In this document: piece by piece, positions 1 to 12,904 of the stretch | Layout: the number at the start of each line of letters is the position of its first letter | Numbering within the stretch: position 1 is the first letter of the stretch | Assembly: GCA_964187785.1 (NCBI GenBank) | Contig: OZ076409.1 | Coordinates: forward strand, 66,404,001 to 66,468,000 | DNA from: Amphiscolops sp. MND2022 | Lineage: Eukaryota | DNA length: 64,000 nucleotides | Direction: 5' to 3' | Made by a program: the position numbers and the translations under genes | Notes under the pieces: model-generated | What the model was told of the DNA's origin: nothing | Databases searched by the model: none | Seen by the model: the letters and a program-made list of their open reading frames with translations, nothing else

Positions 1-2517
1 GAATTGTGAAACCGTTAACGGAGAGAATTTAGATGGATTTCGGAAGTGTATTTTTGAGTCGCGTTTCAAATTCAGAGAAGCATTCTGTCTTGAATTTGGC
101 ATATAGATATTTCATGGTTGCAAATGTGTTTTGATACAAGGCTTGGACTTTTTTGTTATGGGAATTTTGGGTCGGGCACTACACCGTCATTGTTACGTTC
201 CAATTTTGTCTTCAGCAACATTTTTGATGCGTCCGAACGGCGATGTAGGTGTTACTCTATCGATGATCTCATGGAACTTCCTTGCTTTCGTTACAGCACG
301 TTTTCAAAGTGTCGATATCTGTATCAAAGCAGCAGAGTGTGTTTTGTTTCCAGATGGTTGTGGCTGATGAATGTTTTGATACTAAACCAAACAACTTGGG
401 CTGTGATATTTTATATTATTCGATGCTATATGCTGTCTTCTGTGGAAATTTTAGATTTTCGGACGTTTACATAAAAATCACTTTATTTATGCAGGAAACT
501 CAGGCTATATATAGTACTAATTTTAAGTCAGATTGAGATTCTAAAGTTTAGTAAAAACAGCTGAAAGGCTGACCATAGCCCATTTTCTTAATGCTTATTA
601 CGCAAACCGGGTGTTTTTACAGTAGACCATATTTTCCACATATTTACAACGTAGAATCGACGTCAGTGATGTAATTGTTCGAATCGGCTAAGTCAGAGTT
701 GATCCCTTAGAGCGAATATTACTAAGTATCACTTTTGGTCGAAAAGATTCTAAAATACCACTCTAGAAAACCAAGTGTGACAAACTCGAAAAACCCATCC
801 CCGTTTGAATTCACTCAAATTGCTCAAAGACTAACAGTCAGAGAGACCTGAAATTTAGCACAAGTATACTGTTATGCTACTTGTTTATAAAAACGGAATC
901 GAGCCGGAACCCCAATCCCTGGCTATTAGCACCGGAAGTGACGTAGGTCGACCACCTACAGGCACGTCGGCGAAGCCCGAAATTAGTCATATAATTTGTA
1001 GAATTGATAGCCTATAGAATATTAAGCCGTTTGCGTGTTTTGCAGCGCGTAGGTAGAGCACCCTATAAAAACAAACCCCGAATCATATGTGAGTCGTCAC
1101 CAGTCGACCGGAGGACCATGAAATTTACCTAAGATGTTCACCTCCCAACCCTGAGTAAAATACATGGAAGATACATTAAACGGCCCATGGCGCGCGGAGT
1201 ATTGTTCGTTTTAGGCACACGGAACCTGACGCGCGAACCCGGTAAAAAAGGACATTTGGCCTTGGCTTGTAATACCTCAAACGAACCGCAATAACGATTG
1301 TAGTCAATTACTAACCTGAATGAAACTGTATTTGTGAACCATCCGGGGGTAACCGCATCAAGTAAACAAACCATACGCAAATCATTTAACTCGGCAATCA
1401 TTGACCCTAGAACCATACAACTTGGCATGTAACAATTTTGGATGAGTACGATTAACTTCAAGATCACGGGTGAACCTCATTGTCATCAGGGGGTGACTAT
1501 GAAAAAATAGGACGAAACGTATTATAAAACAAAAAAATCAGTGTCTTTGAGCAATAATTTACGCATTTGTCAGACGAGAAGATTCGTCAAAGACTGTTTG
1601 AAAAAATCATAATTAGTGGCCTTCGCCTTGCTATAAAAAAATAGGTAAACATGAAAAGAAACACATGCAAAATTAAGACGCCAACGCCCATCAGTGAAAA
1701 TGCCAAGTATGGTGAAAAACGAAGATGTAACCACCCGAAATACGTGCCAAAAACAAATACAACTGAGGCGAATTTGGATTACACTGGAAGAGACGCAGTC
1801 AAGTTAGAGAGCTAGAAGAAACTTGAGTCTCGCGGAGACAAAAAACACTTCTAACAAAGTGTGTTGTCGCTAGCTCAGAGTGGATTTGCTGACAAGTCCA
1901 GGCATTGTAGTTTGGTTAAAGTTGGAGCTTCAACAAGATTCAATCATGCCTAACGTACATGGCTGAACCGCGGATTCGATTGTGGTCGTATCCTTTCATT
2001 GGGAAATGCAGATTGCACTTCGTGAATATATCGGACTGTGTTTTATAGCTATCATCTTCATACTCAATTGAAATATTGCAGTCTGTTTTCTCGTTGGTAG
2101 TCAAGAGCCGATAGAACAACAACCGGGAAAATGAAGTTGTCAGGAACTACAGAAGAATTGGCTAACTCATTGAAAGAACCTTTTTCTGTTAACATTCCAA
2201 TTGAAGATAAAACTCTCTCCAAGCCCCGAATTGGATTTTCTTACATCAACCTTATATTTTCGATTCCATAAATTTTGATTTTTGGCGGGTTAACCCACTT
2301 GTCTCCAAGTGATGGTATTGGCAAAAAACAATTGCAGTTTCATTTGTGAGAAAATCCGCTCCAATTTGCTATTTCTACTTGATCTAAGTTGGGAACTCTG
2401 CTGAAAATTTGACGGAGATAAAATAACAATGGCTAATCACAGTTTGTGATTTTGGTTTTAAAACACGACGCCCGCTTAGCACCGGGATATTTTCTGCTTT
2501 AACTGAGTCATATGTGG

Positions 2518-2575
2518 CCACGGTGCTCAGCCACGGTGCTCAGCCATGGTGCTCAGATATATCCACGGTGCTCAG
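2518..2575. repeat. 13-bp tandem repeat (CCACGGTGCTCAG x4), likely foldback-MITE end remnant
   Basis: Three adjacent copies at 2518-2556 plus one at 2563-2575; a degenerate inverted copy (CTTAGCACCGGG) lies at ~2476. Confidence 0.6.
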
Positions 2576-3502
2576 CTATAGCTATTTTAGTTACTAGAAA
2601 TAGTATAGTAATTTTAAAAATAGCCAAGTAGTGGATGGATAACGTGGAGATTTGGCGAAATTTGGAAAAAAACGCAGCACAGACTGTTATTTTCCTCCCC
2701 CCTTATATGAGGCGGAAAAAATTAAATAACGACATGATGGTTCTTTGGTGGTTGATTCGTTGTCTCAGTGATGCAGTTTATAGTTGAACGAATCGTCATC
2801 TTTAATTCAACTTGTTGCTTTCTGGTAACGGAGTTGCAAATTTTACTTAAAAACGATGTTATCTGTTTTTAGATGCCCCAAAAGGTATGGTAGAGATTGC
2901 GTCAAATCAATTTTTACGATTGTTTCCATTATCACAAATTGCCATCCTCATGGCTAAGGGCATTGCATAACATTCATGTTTCATTCCTTATCACTGATCA
3001 TCATTTATACTTTTTTTCTGAGAAGATCGATCAAAATTTTGAACAAAGGTGAATGAAAAGCACGACTGAACAATTTCTTCCCGTTTCCTTTTTAACCACC
3101 CCGAACGGAATTAGAGGAACGATGGTAATTGACTGAAAATGATTCATATTTCCTTAACGCATTTCCTCATAGACTGCGAAAACAAAAAAAACATCTTCTT
3201 GCAGTTATCAAGGATCGACTTCATTGTTACATAATGCTGTGTTCTATAGCTGAACGTTAAGGAAATTTTCAAAATGACACCATTTGTTTGGGCACAATCA
3301 GTATATACAATCAGAGAAAACGTGTAGTTTTTAGTCATTTCATCCCTGCTACTGAAAACAAATTGGTGTCGCTTTAGATGTTTCAAGTAGTTGTGCGTGA
3401 AAATTGAAAAAAAATGAGTTCAAAAACGTTTCTCTCAGTTCTTCACTTATTGTAACGCATCCCTTTGTTTGACTCATAAAAGCACGAGTTTGAACATTTT
3501 AG

Positions 3503-3708
3503 GAAAAGGAGGACTCTTCATAAGTCGTCTGAGAGAGGGCAGTCGATTGGGGGGACTTTTGAACGTGGGGGACAAAGTGCTCAAAATCAACGACCTCGAT
3601 ACCAAAGGCATGACCCTTGATCAAATCGAACAACACATCATCAACAGTCAAGAATCTGTTTTTCTTACAACATTACCATATTTGGTATCTATTCAGAACC
3701 TGCAATGA
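3503..3708 (+). CDS. Terminal exon encoding the C-terminal part of a PDZ domain (Par6-type PDZ-like); upstream exons not resolved
   Basis: Acceptor ttttAG at 3501-3502, then GLFISRLREGSRLGGLLNVGDKVLKINDLDTKGMTLDQIEQHII, matching the PDZ pattern GIFISRL...GLL.V.D.VL.VN......TLDQV; stop at 3706-3708. Confidence 0.75.
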
Positions 3709-5159
3709 AAGCAAAAACAAAATGTTTTCATCTTTTCTACACCAATTGTAGAATGAAGTACATAATTTTTCGATTTTTCAATTCCATCATATATTCCAAC
3801 TTTTCATTTGTTGAATCGACGGTTTAAATATGTCAATGGTTATTTGATTTCGAATATGGTTCCTTTTTGATAAAATTTGGATTCCTTCATTTTGTAAATT
3901 TAGATATCTAGTTTCCCATACTTTCTCCTTCGACTTTTCTATCGAGAATGGATGCTTTCCAACATGTATGAATGAATGAACAATTGAATTACTCCTAAAA
4001 TATTTCAATTTTAACATTACATGTAATCCTCTAACGCCAAAAATGCTTTTTTCGACTAGAAATGTTCGAGATTAGAAATCATGTATTTCGAAGTGCTCAT
4101 CATACTTCTATGGCAAACACTACGAACCTTGAAGATGTCCGTTTTGACACTAATTTCAACAAGTCTTGAAACAGTTTTTTTGCCCATTAATTTTATGTTC
4201 CAACGAAACGTCTAATTTTCCTTGAAGCAAGAAATGATCCTAAATTTCAAAACTTATTTTGATTGGATCAGAAAAAAAAGATTTTCTGCCTCTGAAGATT
4301 GGCTACCTAGGTCCAGGTGCAGAAAATAAACGTGACTACAGGCGCAATGTTTGACGTTAGTAAAATCAAAAGTTACTTTTTGGGGACATTTTGATTACTT
4401 TTGTTGTGGAAGCTACTGAAAAAAATCAGACTACTGAAGTCTTGCAGAATATGAATTTTTGTTATTCGCGATATCACTACATACAGCCCACAGAATTGCA
4501 GAATGACGGCGCGTTATCGACATCCGACTAAGGAGGAAATTTCTGAAGAAAATTAGGAACAAATCCAATCTCCTCGTCAAATCCACAAACAAGCCGACGA
4601 AGTAAGCTGATGCACACCAAACCCAGGAAATGGCCTAGAATTATGTTACGACAGGTTGATTTCAAAGCAGATTTTGCAAACGTAATCAAACTTGTCAAAA
4701 ATTCAATGTCTTGCTCAACGACATGTGATTCTGGGTTTTTTGGGCAGAACAAAAGGAAGAAAACGATCAGGTACGAATAGATAGAAAACCTGTGAAATGT
4801 CTCCCCAAAAAATATCTTTTGTCCATCACTGACAATGTTGATTTTGTCCATTTGGAGTAAAATGATGCTTTTTGAGTTAAAGATTTTGCCCTAAGAAACG
4901 TTTTGATCAAATACTTTAGCACGTCCTAATCAAACACTATTATTTACGCTGTGAGGTGTATGCTGTTTTCTTTTGATTTATGCGGTTTTTCGGCGTATTT
5001 TCTTCATTTACTGATGTGTTTTCTCCAAAGCTGTCACGGCAAAATTGAAAACGTTTTTCAATCAAATTTTCCGAACAACAAGTGACTGAATTTCAGCTTT
5101 TTTCATACCAACTGAAAGCTCCGATTTCCGAAAACTTAGATTCGCGTTCAATTCCTTCA

Positions 5160-6200
5160 GTCTACATGCCGTTTTCGAGGAATCCATCCGAAGAACTCTC
5201 TAATTGAAATCTAATAGAAAATTTTTTTAAGCAAAAACGAAGACATGAAAAAAAAAGATGTCATGAACTACTTCAAACTTTCGGGAGTTTCTGCATTGAC
5301 TGTGGATCGCACAAGGAGAAAACTGTGAGGATGAAAGTTTTCTCCAACGTAAAGCTGGAAGCGGTGGTGAAAACAAAAAGATGAAGGTGAGACAACTTGT
5401 TCAACTAGAAATGGAAATCACAAACCAGACAGGAAAACCCAAAAAAAACTGGCTGAAAAACAATACGTTTCGGCGGCCACCATAAAGCGCTCATCACAGA
5501 ACTAAACAGCAAAAATTGAAAACGAAGCCTTCCAAAAACGGGAACAGCGAAAGAAATTTGCGAATAGACAACGCAAACTAGCACAATCAAGTTTCTTGGT
5601 CGAAAACGTTGGTGGTCCATGATGAGTTGTATTTCATATTGTATTGTTCCAACATGCCCGCCAATCGAGGACTATACACTTCCAACAAAGACAAATTTCC
5701 AAACCAAACAATGTTTACTGAAAAACAAAAGTTTCAACCCAAATTTTTGGTAGGGGCCGCAATTTCAGAAGCAGTGTTAAGTGAAGTTTTTATTGAAGAA
5801 AATTGCGATTCGATGAACAAAACACGCTATATCGAAGTTTTGGGAACTTTTTTTCTATTCAGGAATACTGTTTGCTAGGGCAGAGAAAATTGTTGCGTTT
5901 GGTCTGATTTAGCACCATGTTGTTATACTCAGGAAGTGTTAAGTTGGAGAGTTTAAGAGTGTCCAATGTCAAGAAAGCCGAAAAACCACGGTATTGCCCC
6001 ATATCCGACCCTCTAAAAATTTTTGGGTTATTTTAAAACAAAAGGTGTACGAAGACAATTTTATGGCACATGACAAAAGTTTTTGGCAAAAAGGAATAAA
6101 AAGGGGTGCGAGATCTTTTGAATTCTGATGTTTTTTGATGGAAAACACCTGTCGATTATTTCGACAAGCTGCAAGACCTGGCTGGCCTAAATTCTTTGAT
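5160..6200 (+). pseudogene. Degraded Tc1/mariner-superfamily transposase (DD37E/ITmD37E-like)
   Basis: Across frameshifts and stops: VHDELYF, KQKFQPKFLVGAAIS, MNKTRYIEVL, VWSDLAPCCYTQEVLSW (~5897) and KPRYCPHIRPSKNFWVILKQKVY (~5980), resembling FWPDLA.CHY / NPPNCP.IRPIE.FW. Boundaries approximate. Confidence 0.7.
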
Positions 6201-6405
6201 TGAAACAGCCTTGTTGTTGATTCCTTGTAAGCTGTAAAAAAAAAGGTTTCTGTTGTGTTTGTGAAACGTACTAAAAGTTTATGAGTAATTGTCAATTTAG
6301 TTGTAACAGACGGTAGATTGATTCTTCCAAAAAACTCAAGCACTAAAACCAAAAGCTCTCATGCTCTGTTAAGACTACTTATCGTTTTCGTCTATCAATT
6401 AAAGT

Positions 6406-6537
6406 CCGGGGAGTACAGTGGAAAACATTTCCAAAGTGTTTTTTTCGGGAAATGTGCATACAGCCTTCTGTCACAGAAGGCTGTATGCACATTTCCGGAA
6501 AAAACACTTTGGAAATGTTTTCCACTGTACTCTCCGG
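6406..6537. repeat. Near-perfect palindrome (~66-bp arms, 1-nt loop); core has TA-CAGTGG...CCACTG-TA ends like a Tc1/mariner-type MITE
   Basis: 6406-6471 is the reverse complement of 6473-6537 apart from a few mismatches/indels. Confidence 0.85.
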
Positions 6538-8574
6538 TTTTTAATTCTCCGGACTCTCTGGACTCTCCGGACTCTCTGGAGACACGGTGTCTCTATGTCC
6601 TGGACTATACTAACTTCCTAAGATTTTCCTGGTTGTTGAAGCGTCCTGTGCTAGGTTTACCTTGCATAACGTTTACCGAGCAAGAAAAATGAAAAAGAAA
6701 AGTTATTTGATTGGAAAGGAGAATAAGAATGTTTATGTATAAGAGCAAATAACAATCCAATCTGGACGGGAAAAGAGTTATCAAAACCGGAGTCGAATCG
6801 AGTCCCCACCCGGAGAAATCCAATTAGGTATAATGAAAAATGTACACTAAGTCCAATACTTATGATTCGTCAACCAATATTTTGTATTATATTGGTTAAC
6901 GAATTTGAACTTATTTCGATATTAAGTTTCAAATTTTTCAAAATAAATCGAAAATAGATGCTTACTCCTGACTCAAGTACAATGAAATATTTAAATTTAC
7001 AGTTCATCAATCAAATAGGGTTCAAATTGCAAAATACACTAATTTAAGCCGTGTGCTGGTGAAAAAATGGAATGGGTAAAAACAATCTGTAACATGTTTT
7101 TTAAAGAAAATTCTTTTAGAAAGTCTCATCGGGATTCTCAAATTCGATAACTTTTAAATGAGGTAAGTTTACCCAGACATTCTTCGCGATTTGTTAATGA
7201 TCCTTCAGCAATCTCGAAGGACCGGGAGTGCAAAAAGAAAGAGTTCACAGAATAATTGAAACCAACAGTTCAAAAGAACCTGTGCAATGAGAAATATTTA
7301 TTTCAAACAGTATTTTCAAGTTGGTTTGATCTGTAAGCAAAACCAATTGATGAAAAAATTGAAAATATTCTCCACAAAAATATTTTCCCCAATCCAAATT
7401 CATAAGGCTTCCATGCAGTTCCGTACATGAATCATATGGCGAATTCCGTTGCATGTAGTTTATCTCATGGAAGCATGGTTTACGCTTTTTACTTATTTCC
7501 ATAGATGGAACATTATAGTTCCAAGTTATTCTGTATGATAAAACGGAATGAAGACAGTGCATGGAACTATATGGTTTCATGAATGAAATCGTACAGAGTG
7601 ATGAAGAAATCGTCCCCCATGACGTTCTCAGTCAATCAAGTGAAGTTCAGGTAAATTGAGGAAAATTTACTTTTTGAGCCTGATAATTTGGAAACAGTTG
7701 ATCTATTTTGAGTCATTGAATTCAGTAGATTTGTGGGAGTTAATTGAGCATAAAAAAAGTGTAGATAAAGCTGTCAAAAATTGAAAAATCTGCAAAAAGT
7801 CCCAATTTTGCTCAAAATCAGCTATTTGTAACTTTCTCAATTTTTGTCTCAGAAATTTTTTTTAAAAAACACTAATGTAAACTAGATGAAACTAAGAAAT
7901 TTTTATCTCTGATGTTTTTCAAAATTCTCAACTGATTTCGAAAAAGTCGAGCCTAAAATTGCCCGGGTGACGATTTCTTAATCACAGTACTTGGTAGTGA
8001 ACCATAAAAAAACGGAACGCACGAAAATGTTTGAGCTCTCAAAGTTTCAAATATTTGTCACCAAAAGTTTCAAAACCACTCTGAATATTGCAGTTCAGCT
8101 TGTCAGACATTCAATTTGACAACTTTTCTTCGGAGCCAAGACACGTTCGCACAACAAAGGCGTGAACGAAATGACTGGTAAAGACGTCTAGACTTCTTCT
8201 AAAAGTTCGGATCATTCTGTCTTGAAGATTTGAGTGTCTTGTTTGCAAATGTTACGGTGTTAAAGAGTGAATATTTTATGCGTTACTTTTTTTGGTTCAC
8301 CTAGTAATCAGGTCTGGCCAAAGTCAAAACTACAAATGTGTGTACAAACTTCACACAAAAATGGCAGGTAAAAATGAGTTGACGATGTGAATGCGATCAG
8401 TTGAAGACCAAAATTTTGTTAACTACTTTCATGTTTTGTTCTCACATTTTTTGTTCATACGAAGAAGACTCATGTGCCAATCGAAACAGGTGTTAATTGT
8501 GCATTACAAATCGGTGCCGTCATCATAATCATGTTGCTCGTGAAATGAAATTATTACAACTAAGAAAAGAATAA

Positions 8575-9339
8575 TTAGAGGAGGTATTTCATTACAAAGA
8601 AGCAGGAGAAAACTCCAAAAATGAACCAAACAAAGGACGCAAAACTCTTGTTGATCATGAAGGTTGTCCCTTCAGGAGTCGCCAAACTTGCATTACCCAT
8701 AATTCCAGGAATCGCATTGTTTCTGGAAAATCTCTCAATTCTCAGTCCGGTTATAGTTGCCTTCTGGATCCGTTCACGCACGAGTCTTTCGATTTCCAGC
8801 GGTTTGTCACAATGCTCCAGCAACTTGATGCTAAAACATTTCGCAAACTCCAGACAATCTTTGCGCATGACACTGTACATTGCGGGAGCCGCTTGCATGG
8901 CGGCTAGCTGCATTCCGTTGCTACCCACTATGTATTGCCCAATATAGAACCTTTTGACAATGGTGTTTCGGAAGTTTGCAAGAGTGCTGGGTTTGAAATC
9001 GATCATGTATGTCTTTATGCTCATGTCATCGTAACGCAGCTCACAAATATAGCACTGAAGATTGGCTTCAATTTCAAATGGGTCACGGACTTCTTGATTC
9101 GAATAGAGTTTCGGCAGTATGTCGACCGTTTGGGGCGCTGGTATCAGAAGAACTGAAGCATGTTGATTAGAATTGACCACGATAAAAACTTCATGCTTTT
9201 GACGATTAGCCGATGAAAGTTGCTGAATTTTTACTTCGTCTTTTTCCAAATACGCTTTGGAGACATCAACGTCGATCTTTGTGATATTGTTCACATGATA
9301 CGACAGAGGATCCACAAATCTGAACACACTTTCAGACAT
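8575..9339 (-). CDS. Intronless ~254-aa protein with putative permuted papain-like (LRAT/PPPDE-like) catalytic motif and C-terminal TM helix
   Basis: Long ORF in AT-rich context; first ATG at 9339 follows a ttttacAG acceptor by 4 nt; motifs KHEVF..HASVLL and YSVMRKDCLEFA; hydrophobic tail FASFVWFIFGVFSCFFVM. Confidence 0.65.
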   Translation of the reverse strand: MSESVFRFVDPLSYHVNNITKIDVDVSKAYLEKDEVKIQQLSSANRQKHEVFIVVNSNQHASVLLIPAPQTVDILPKLYSNQEVRDPFEIEANLQCYICELRYDDMSIKTYMIDFKPSTLANFRNTIVKRFYIGQYIVGSNGMQLAAMQAAPAMYSVMRKDCLEFAKCFSIKLLEHCDKPLEIERLVRERIQKATITGLRIERFSRNNAIPGIMGNASLATPEGTTFMINKSFASFVWFIFGVFSCFFVMKYLL

Positions 9340-9522
9340 CGTGCTGTAAAAGAATTTCAAATAAACAGATGTGAACAATTATTTGGATAAGAATGTTTCA
9401 CAGTATAGATCAAACCGGAGAACTTTCCAAGGTTTTTTTAACGCAAAAGATTTGTTTTTTGAATTTAATCTTTTACCGATATCTCTATCATAGCCAAAAT
9501 GCTGCTGATAAAATATTTTCAG

Positions 9523-10183
9523 GGTGTGCGTTCATTTCACCCCAAAATCATTTCACCCCATATCATTTCACCCCATATCATTTCACCCCACATTCATTTC
9601 ACCCCATGTTCATTTCACCCCACATTCGTTTCACCCCACATTCATTTCACCCACGTTTATTTCACCACACTTTCATTTCACACCATATTGTAATTATACA
9701 AAAGCGTCTCACGTTAATCAACAATTAAACTTTGATGCCTACTGTTAGCTTTGAGGTTTCTGTCCTGTAGGAAATTTTTTGCCGTAGGAAAACGGAATAG
9801 GAATTTTTTGCTGAAGATTTGCAGCATCCATAGTTGTAGATTTTGACTGACAGAAAAAATGATTTTTCTGAGCTCCTTGTTCTGAAGTATTACAGATATT
9901 CTGAAGTATCCCGTTCTGTATACAGTTCTGAAGTATTCCGATAAGTGAAATTTTTCGGTTCCGATTTTGTGGTTCACATAGCAAGCATCGTTTGCTTATC
10001 TAATTGGTAATTAGAACCAAGACGCTTTTCTATTAGCGCTAAGATTGAAATCGGGTGGCAATAGTCATTTATCTGAGACGCATTTGATAATTTAAGTGTG
10101 GGGTGAAATGAACGTGGGGTGAAATGAATGTGGGGTGAAATGATATGGGGTGAAATGATCGTAGGGTGAAATGATACTAAACC
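9523..10183. mobile_element. Foldback/MULE-like MITE with subterminal CATTTCACCCC arrays
   Basis: Inverted arrays at ~9532-9680 and ~10097-10175; GG...CC termini; perfect 8-bp TSD ATTTTCAG (9515-9522, 10184-10191). Confidence 0.85.
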
Positions 10184-10688
10184 ATTTTCAGTACTGCCGG
10201 AACAAATCGATTCACATTTTATTACACTCATTGTCAGCTCTTTTTCATCGCAAACCCTTGTCTTGAATTCCTTAGATTCCCTGCTATTTTCTGAGTTGAT
10301 TCAAAAACCATTTTATACACTGTTTGTCATCGGCAAGCAAGGAAATTTGACTACCTTTACATTCATTTGTTAAACCTTTGATGTAAATTGAGAAGAACAA
10401 TATCTTGCAGAGCACAAGTTCTAATTTGCTTTGTATAAGAACGGTAATTACCAATTCCGATATTTTGATACCGGTAACTGAAAAATACTTCAAATTTCTA
10501 AAACATCCCTTCTGAACCCACACACTGTTCGTAGTTATTTGAGAGGTGCACAAGATCGAACGTATCAAATGCAACTTTGTCCCTGCTTAAGCAACAACTG
10601 ACAGCTTCTCAAATTCACGAACTTCAATTTTCAAGTTTCTGTGCAAGTTTTCTATTTCTCAATGTAGAATTCATGGCAACTTCCAGAA

Positions 10689-11291
10689 GGGAGTGACAGA
10701 TTTCGTCCCAAACAGATTTCGTCCCACATGGAAATTTTGACAGATTTCGTCCCACACAGATTTCGTCCCATTTTTTAACATTAAAACAGATTTCGTCCCA
10801 TTTTTGACAGATTTCGTCCCAAATAATAATTATAACGTAGTCAGCTATGTTCACATACCCCTAGTGCCCTAAATGCAGGAGCGAAGCGAAGCGGAGCGAC
10901 GTGCCATATGGCCATGCCTCAATGTTGCTATTTGGCGAAGGGAGCGAAGCGACCGAGCCATACAACAAATATGCTAACCTCTTCAAAAAAATCAAGTTCC
11001 ATACATATTGGCTGTAACAGCATCGAATGAAGAATCACCGAATAGATTATACCGATTAGCGCTTAATTTTGTGTATAGCATAGAATCATTTCCCATACTA
11101 TTAGTAATCCGGGACAAAATCTGTCAAAAATGGGACGAAATCTGTCTAAAGTGGGACGAAATCTGTGTGGGACGAAATCTGTCAAAAATTGGACGAAATC
11201 TGTTAAAAATGGGACGAAATCTGTTTGGGACGAAATCTGTCAAAATTCGACGTGGGACGAAATCTGTCTGGGACGAAATCTGCCACATTCC
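10689..11291. mobile_element. Foldback MITE with ACAGATTTCGTCCCA arrays, containing internal module A
   Basis: Inverted arrays at ~10696-10821 and ~11110-11283; flanks TTCCAGAA / TTCCAGAG (7/8 TSD). Confidence 0.85.
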
Positions 11292-12904
11292 TTCCAGAGT
11301 TATTAATGACAATAAAGTCAGCTGGATAACGCCAAACGTCAGTTACAATAAAGTTCTCATTATCAAAACTGTCAAAGTTAAATTTGCTGTCAAGAAATTG
11401 TTGGGTACGCTCGCTTTTTGTTCTGAGGTTGTTCAAGAATGCACATTCAAGAATTTAAAAGCTTTGAACTAAATTTTTTGGGCTAACAATTCGTGTAACA
11501 GTCTAAAGAAGATTTTTGGGAAGAGGACAAAAAATCTCGAGGATCTATAGATAAGTCACTTGTCTTCATTCATGTGCATGACTCCTCAATTTTTTTCGAC
11601 AAATGAATACCTTTCTAGTTTTCTGATGGACATATATGCTTCTTTAAACCAAGAATTCAAAATTTTTCCCTCACGAATATTCTGAAAAGCTTCTCTCAAA
11701 TGACGCAATACGAGCTGAGCTTGAAATTAACCGGGAAAAATTTCCGCGTTGGGAGAAAGAAGAAGATAACTTGGGAATCATGAAATTATTTGCACCGGAA
11801 TCGAGGATCATTTATGTGACCTTATTTACAAAAACTTCTCTTTTGAGTATCGTCTCAGACTCAAATGACCATTTTACGGAATAAACAGATTACGCTGCGT
11901 GACTGAAATCCACTTTACCGGGATGTGTATCGTAATGCTTCAGCGTATAGAAAAAAACTAAACACACTTGTTCCTGCACTCAAATTTTAGCTACATTTTG
12001 CACTTCCAATGGACATTTTTCAATACTTTTATATATAGTTATAAAAAATTTTACGAGTCGTTTACGAGCAGGAAGAACGTCTAAGTGGAAAACGTCGGAA
12101 TACTAGTTTTCAAGATTGAAAAAGGTGTGTTGATTTAACGTTATTGCTTTTCATTTCTCAAAAAATTGAAAATCTTGATTTCTGCACTCTTTTCTACAGT
12201 AATTCGTGCCTGAAACTACTACTATATGCACTAGGAATTTGAAACGTACTTTCCAGCCACCATAGTAATCAGCGCGTGTGTTTCGATCCCAATGGCAGCT
12301 GATTTAAAAAAACCCATGGATTTTTTTGGCTTTAATCTTTTGATCAATTTTCGATCGGAGTTAAGCTAGGTACAAATTCAATCCTTCTACTTCGTCAAAT
12401 ATTACCGAAAAATGGGTGAAACTAAAAATATCACCGCCTATGTTTTTTGGCCAGGTGTGGATTTTTCTTGAAAAAATTTTACATTTCTCAGAGAATCGAA
12501 GAAGAAGAAGAAAGTTAATTTCCCCAATTCCGTGGCGTGGACGCCGAATGAGCAGTTCTGCATTTATAAGTCGGCGCCCTTTCGGATACATCTCCCCATA
12601 GCAAGCTATGGTACCATATTTGAAGCCGAGTGGTCAAGTAATGGTGGACTGGAAGCTGCGGTTTCAAAGTGACTTGCTCAAGGTCACAAATGTCTGACTG
12701 CTGACCATTGCGCCTTTTACTTTTGCTTTTCTCCTCCAAATGCGTTATTTTTTGTCATTGACCATACCACTAAGCTAAGGATGAAGCAGTTTTCGTTCTT
12801 CACGCTCGTTTTATCCTATATAAAAATTTCCATAATTTCTGTCTTTTTCAACATATTCATTAAGGACAGAACATTTGTTGTTGAGTATACGGTAACAATA
12901 AGAT

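Noticed and set aside
1118..1470. ORF 1138-1467 and a GKKGHLALAC knuckle-like stretch on the plus strand
   Set aside because: First Cys pair absent, stops nearby, no other retroelement motif recognised.
2130..3125. Candidate upstream exons of the PDZ gene
   Set aside because: Could not build a consistent in-frame GT-AG model by eye.
7410..7655. Exon-like stretch ending in CAG|GTAAAT
   Set aside because: Stops in all frames from the candidate acceptors; no recognisable protein.
9393..9748. His/Pro/Phe-rich ORFs (HFTP repeats)
   Set aside because: Translations of MITE subterminal repeats, open in all three frames; not genes.
10696..11283. Short repeats with variable spacers resembling a CRISPR array
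   Set aside because: Repeats are ~15 bp, spacers are tiny, the arrays are inverted around a core with a TSD, there are no cas genes and the context is eukaryotic.
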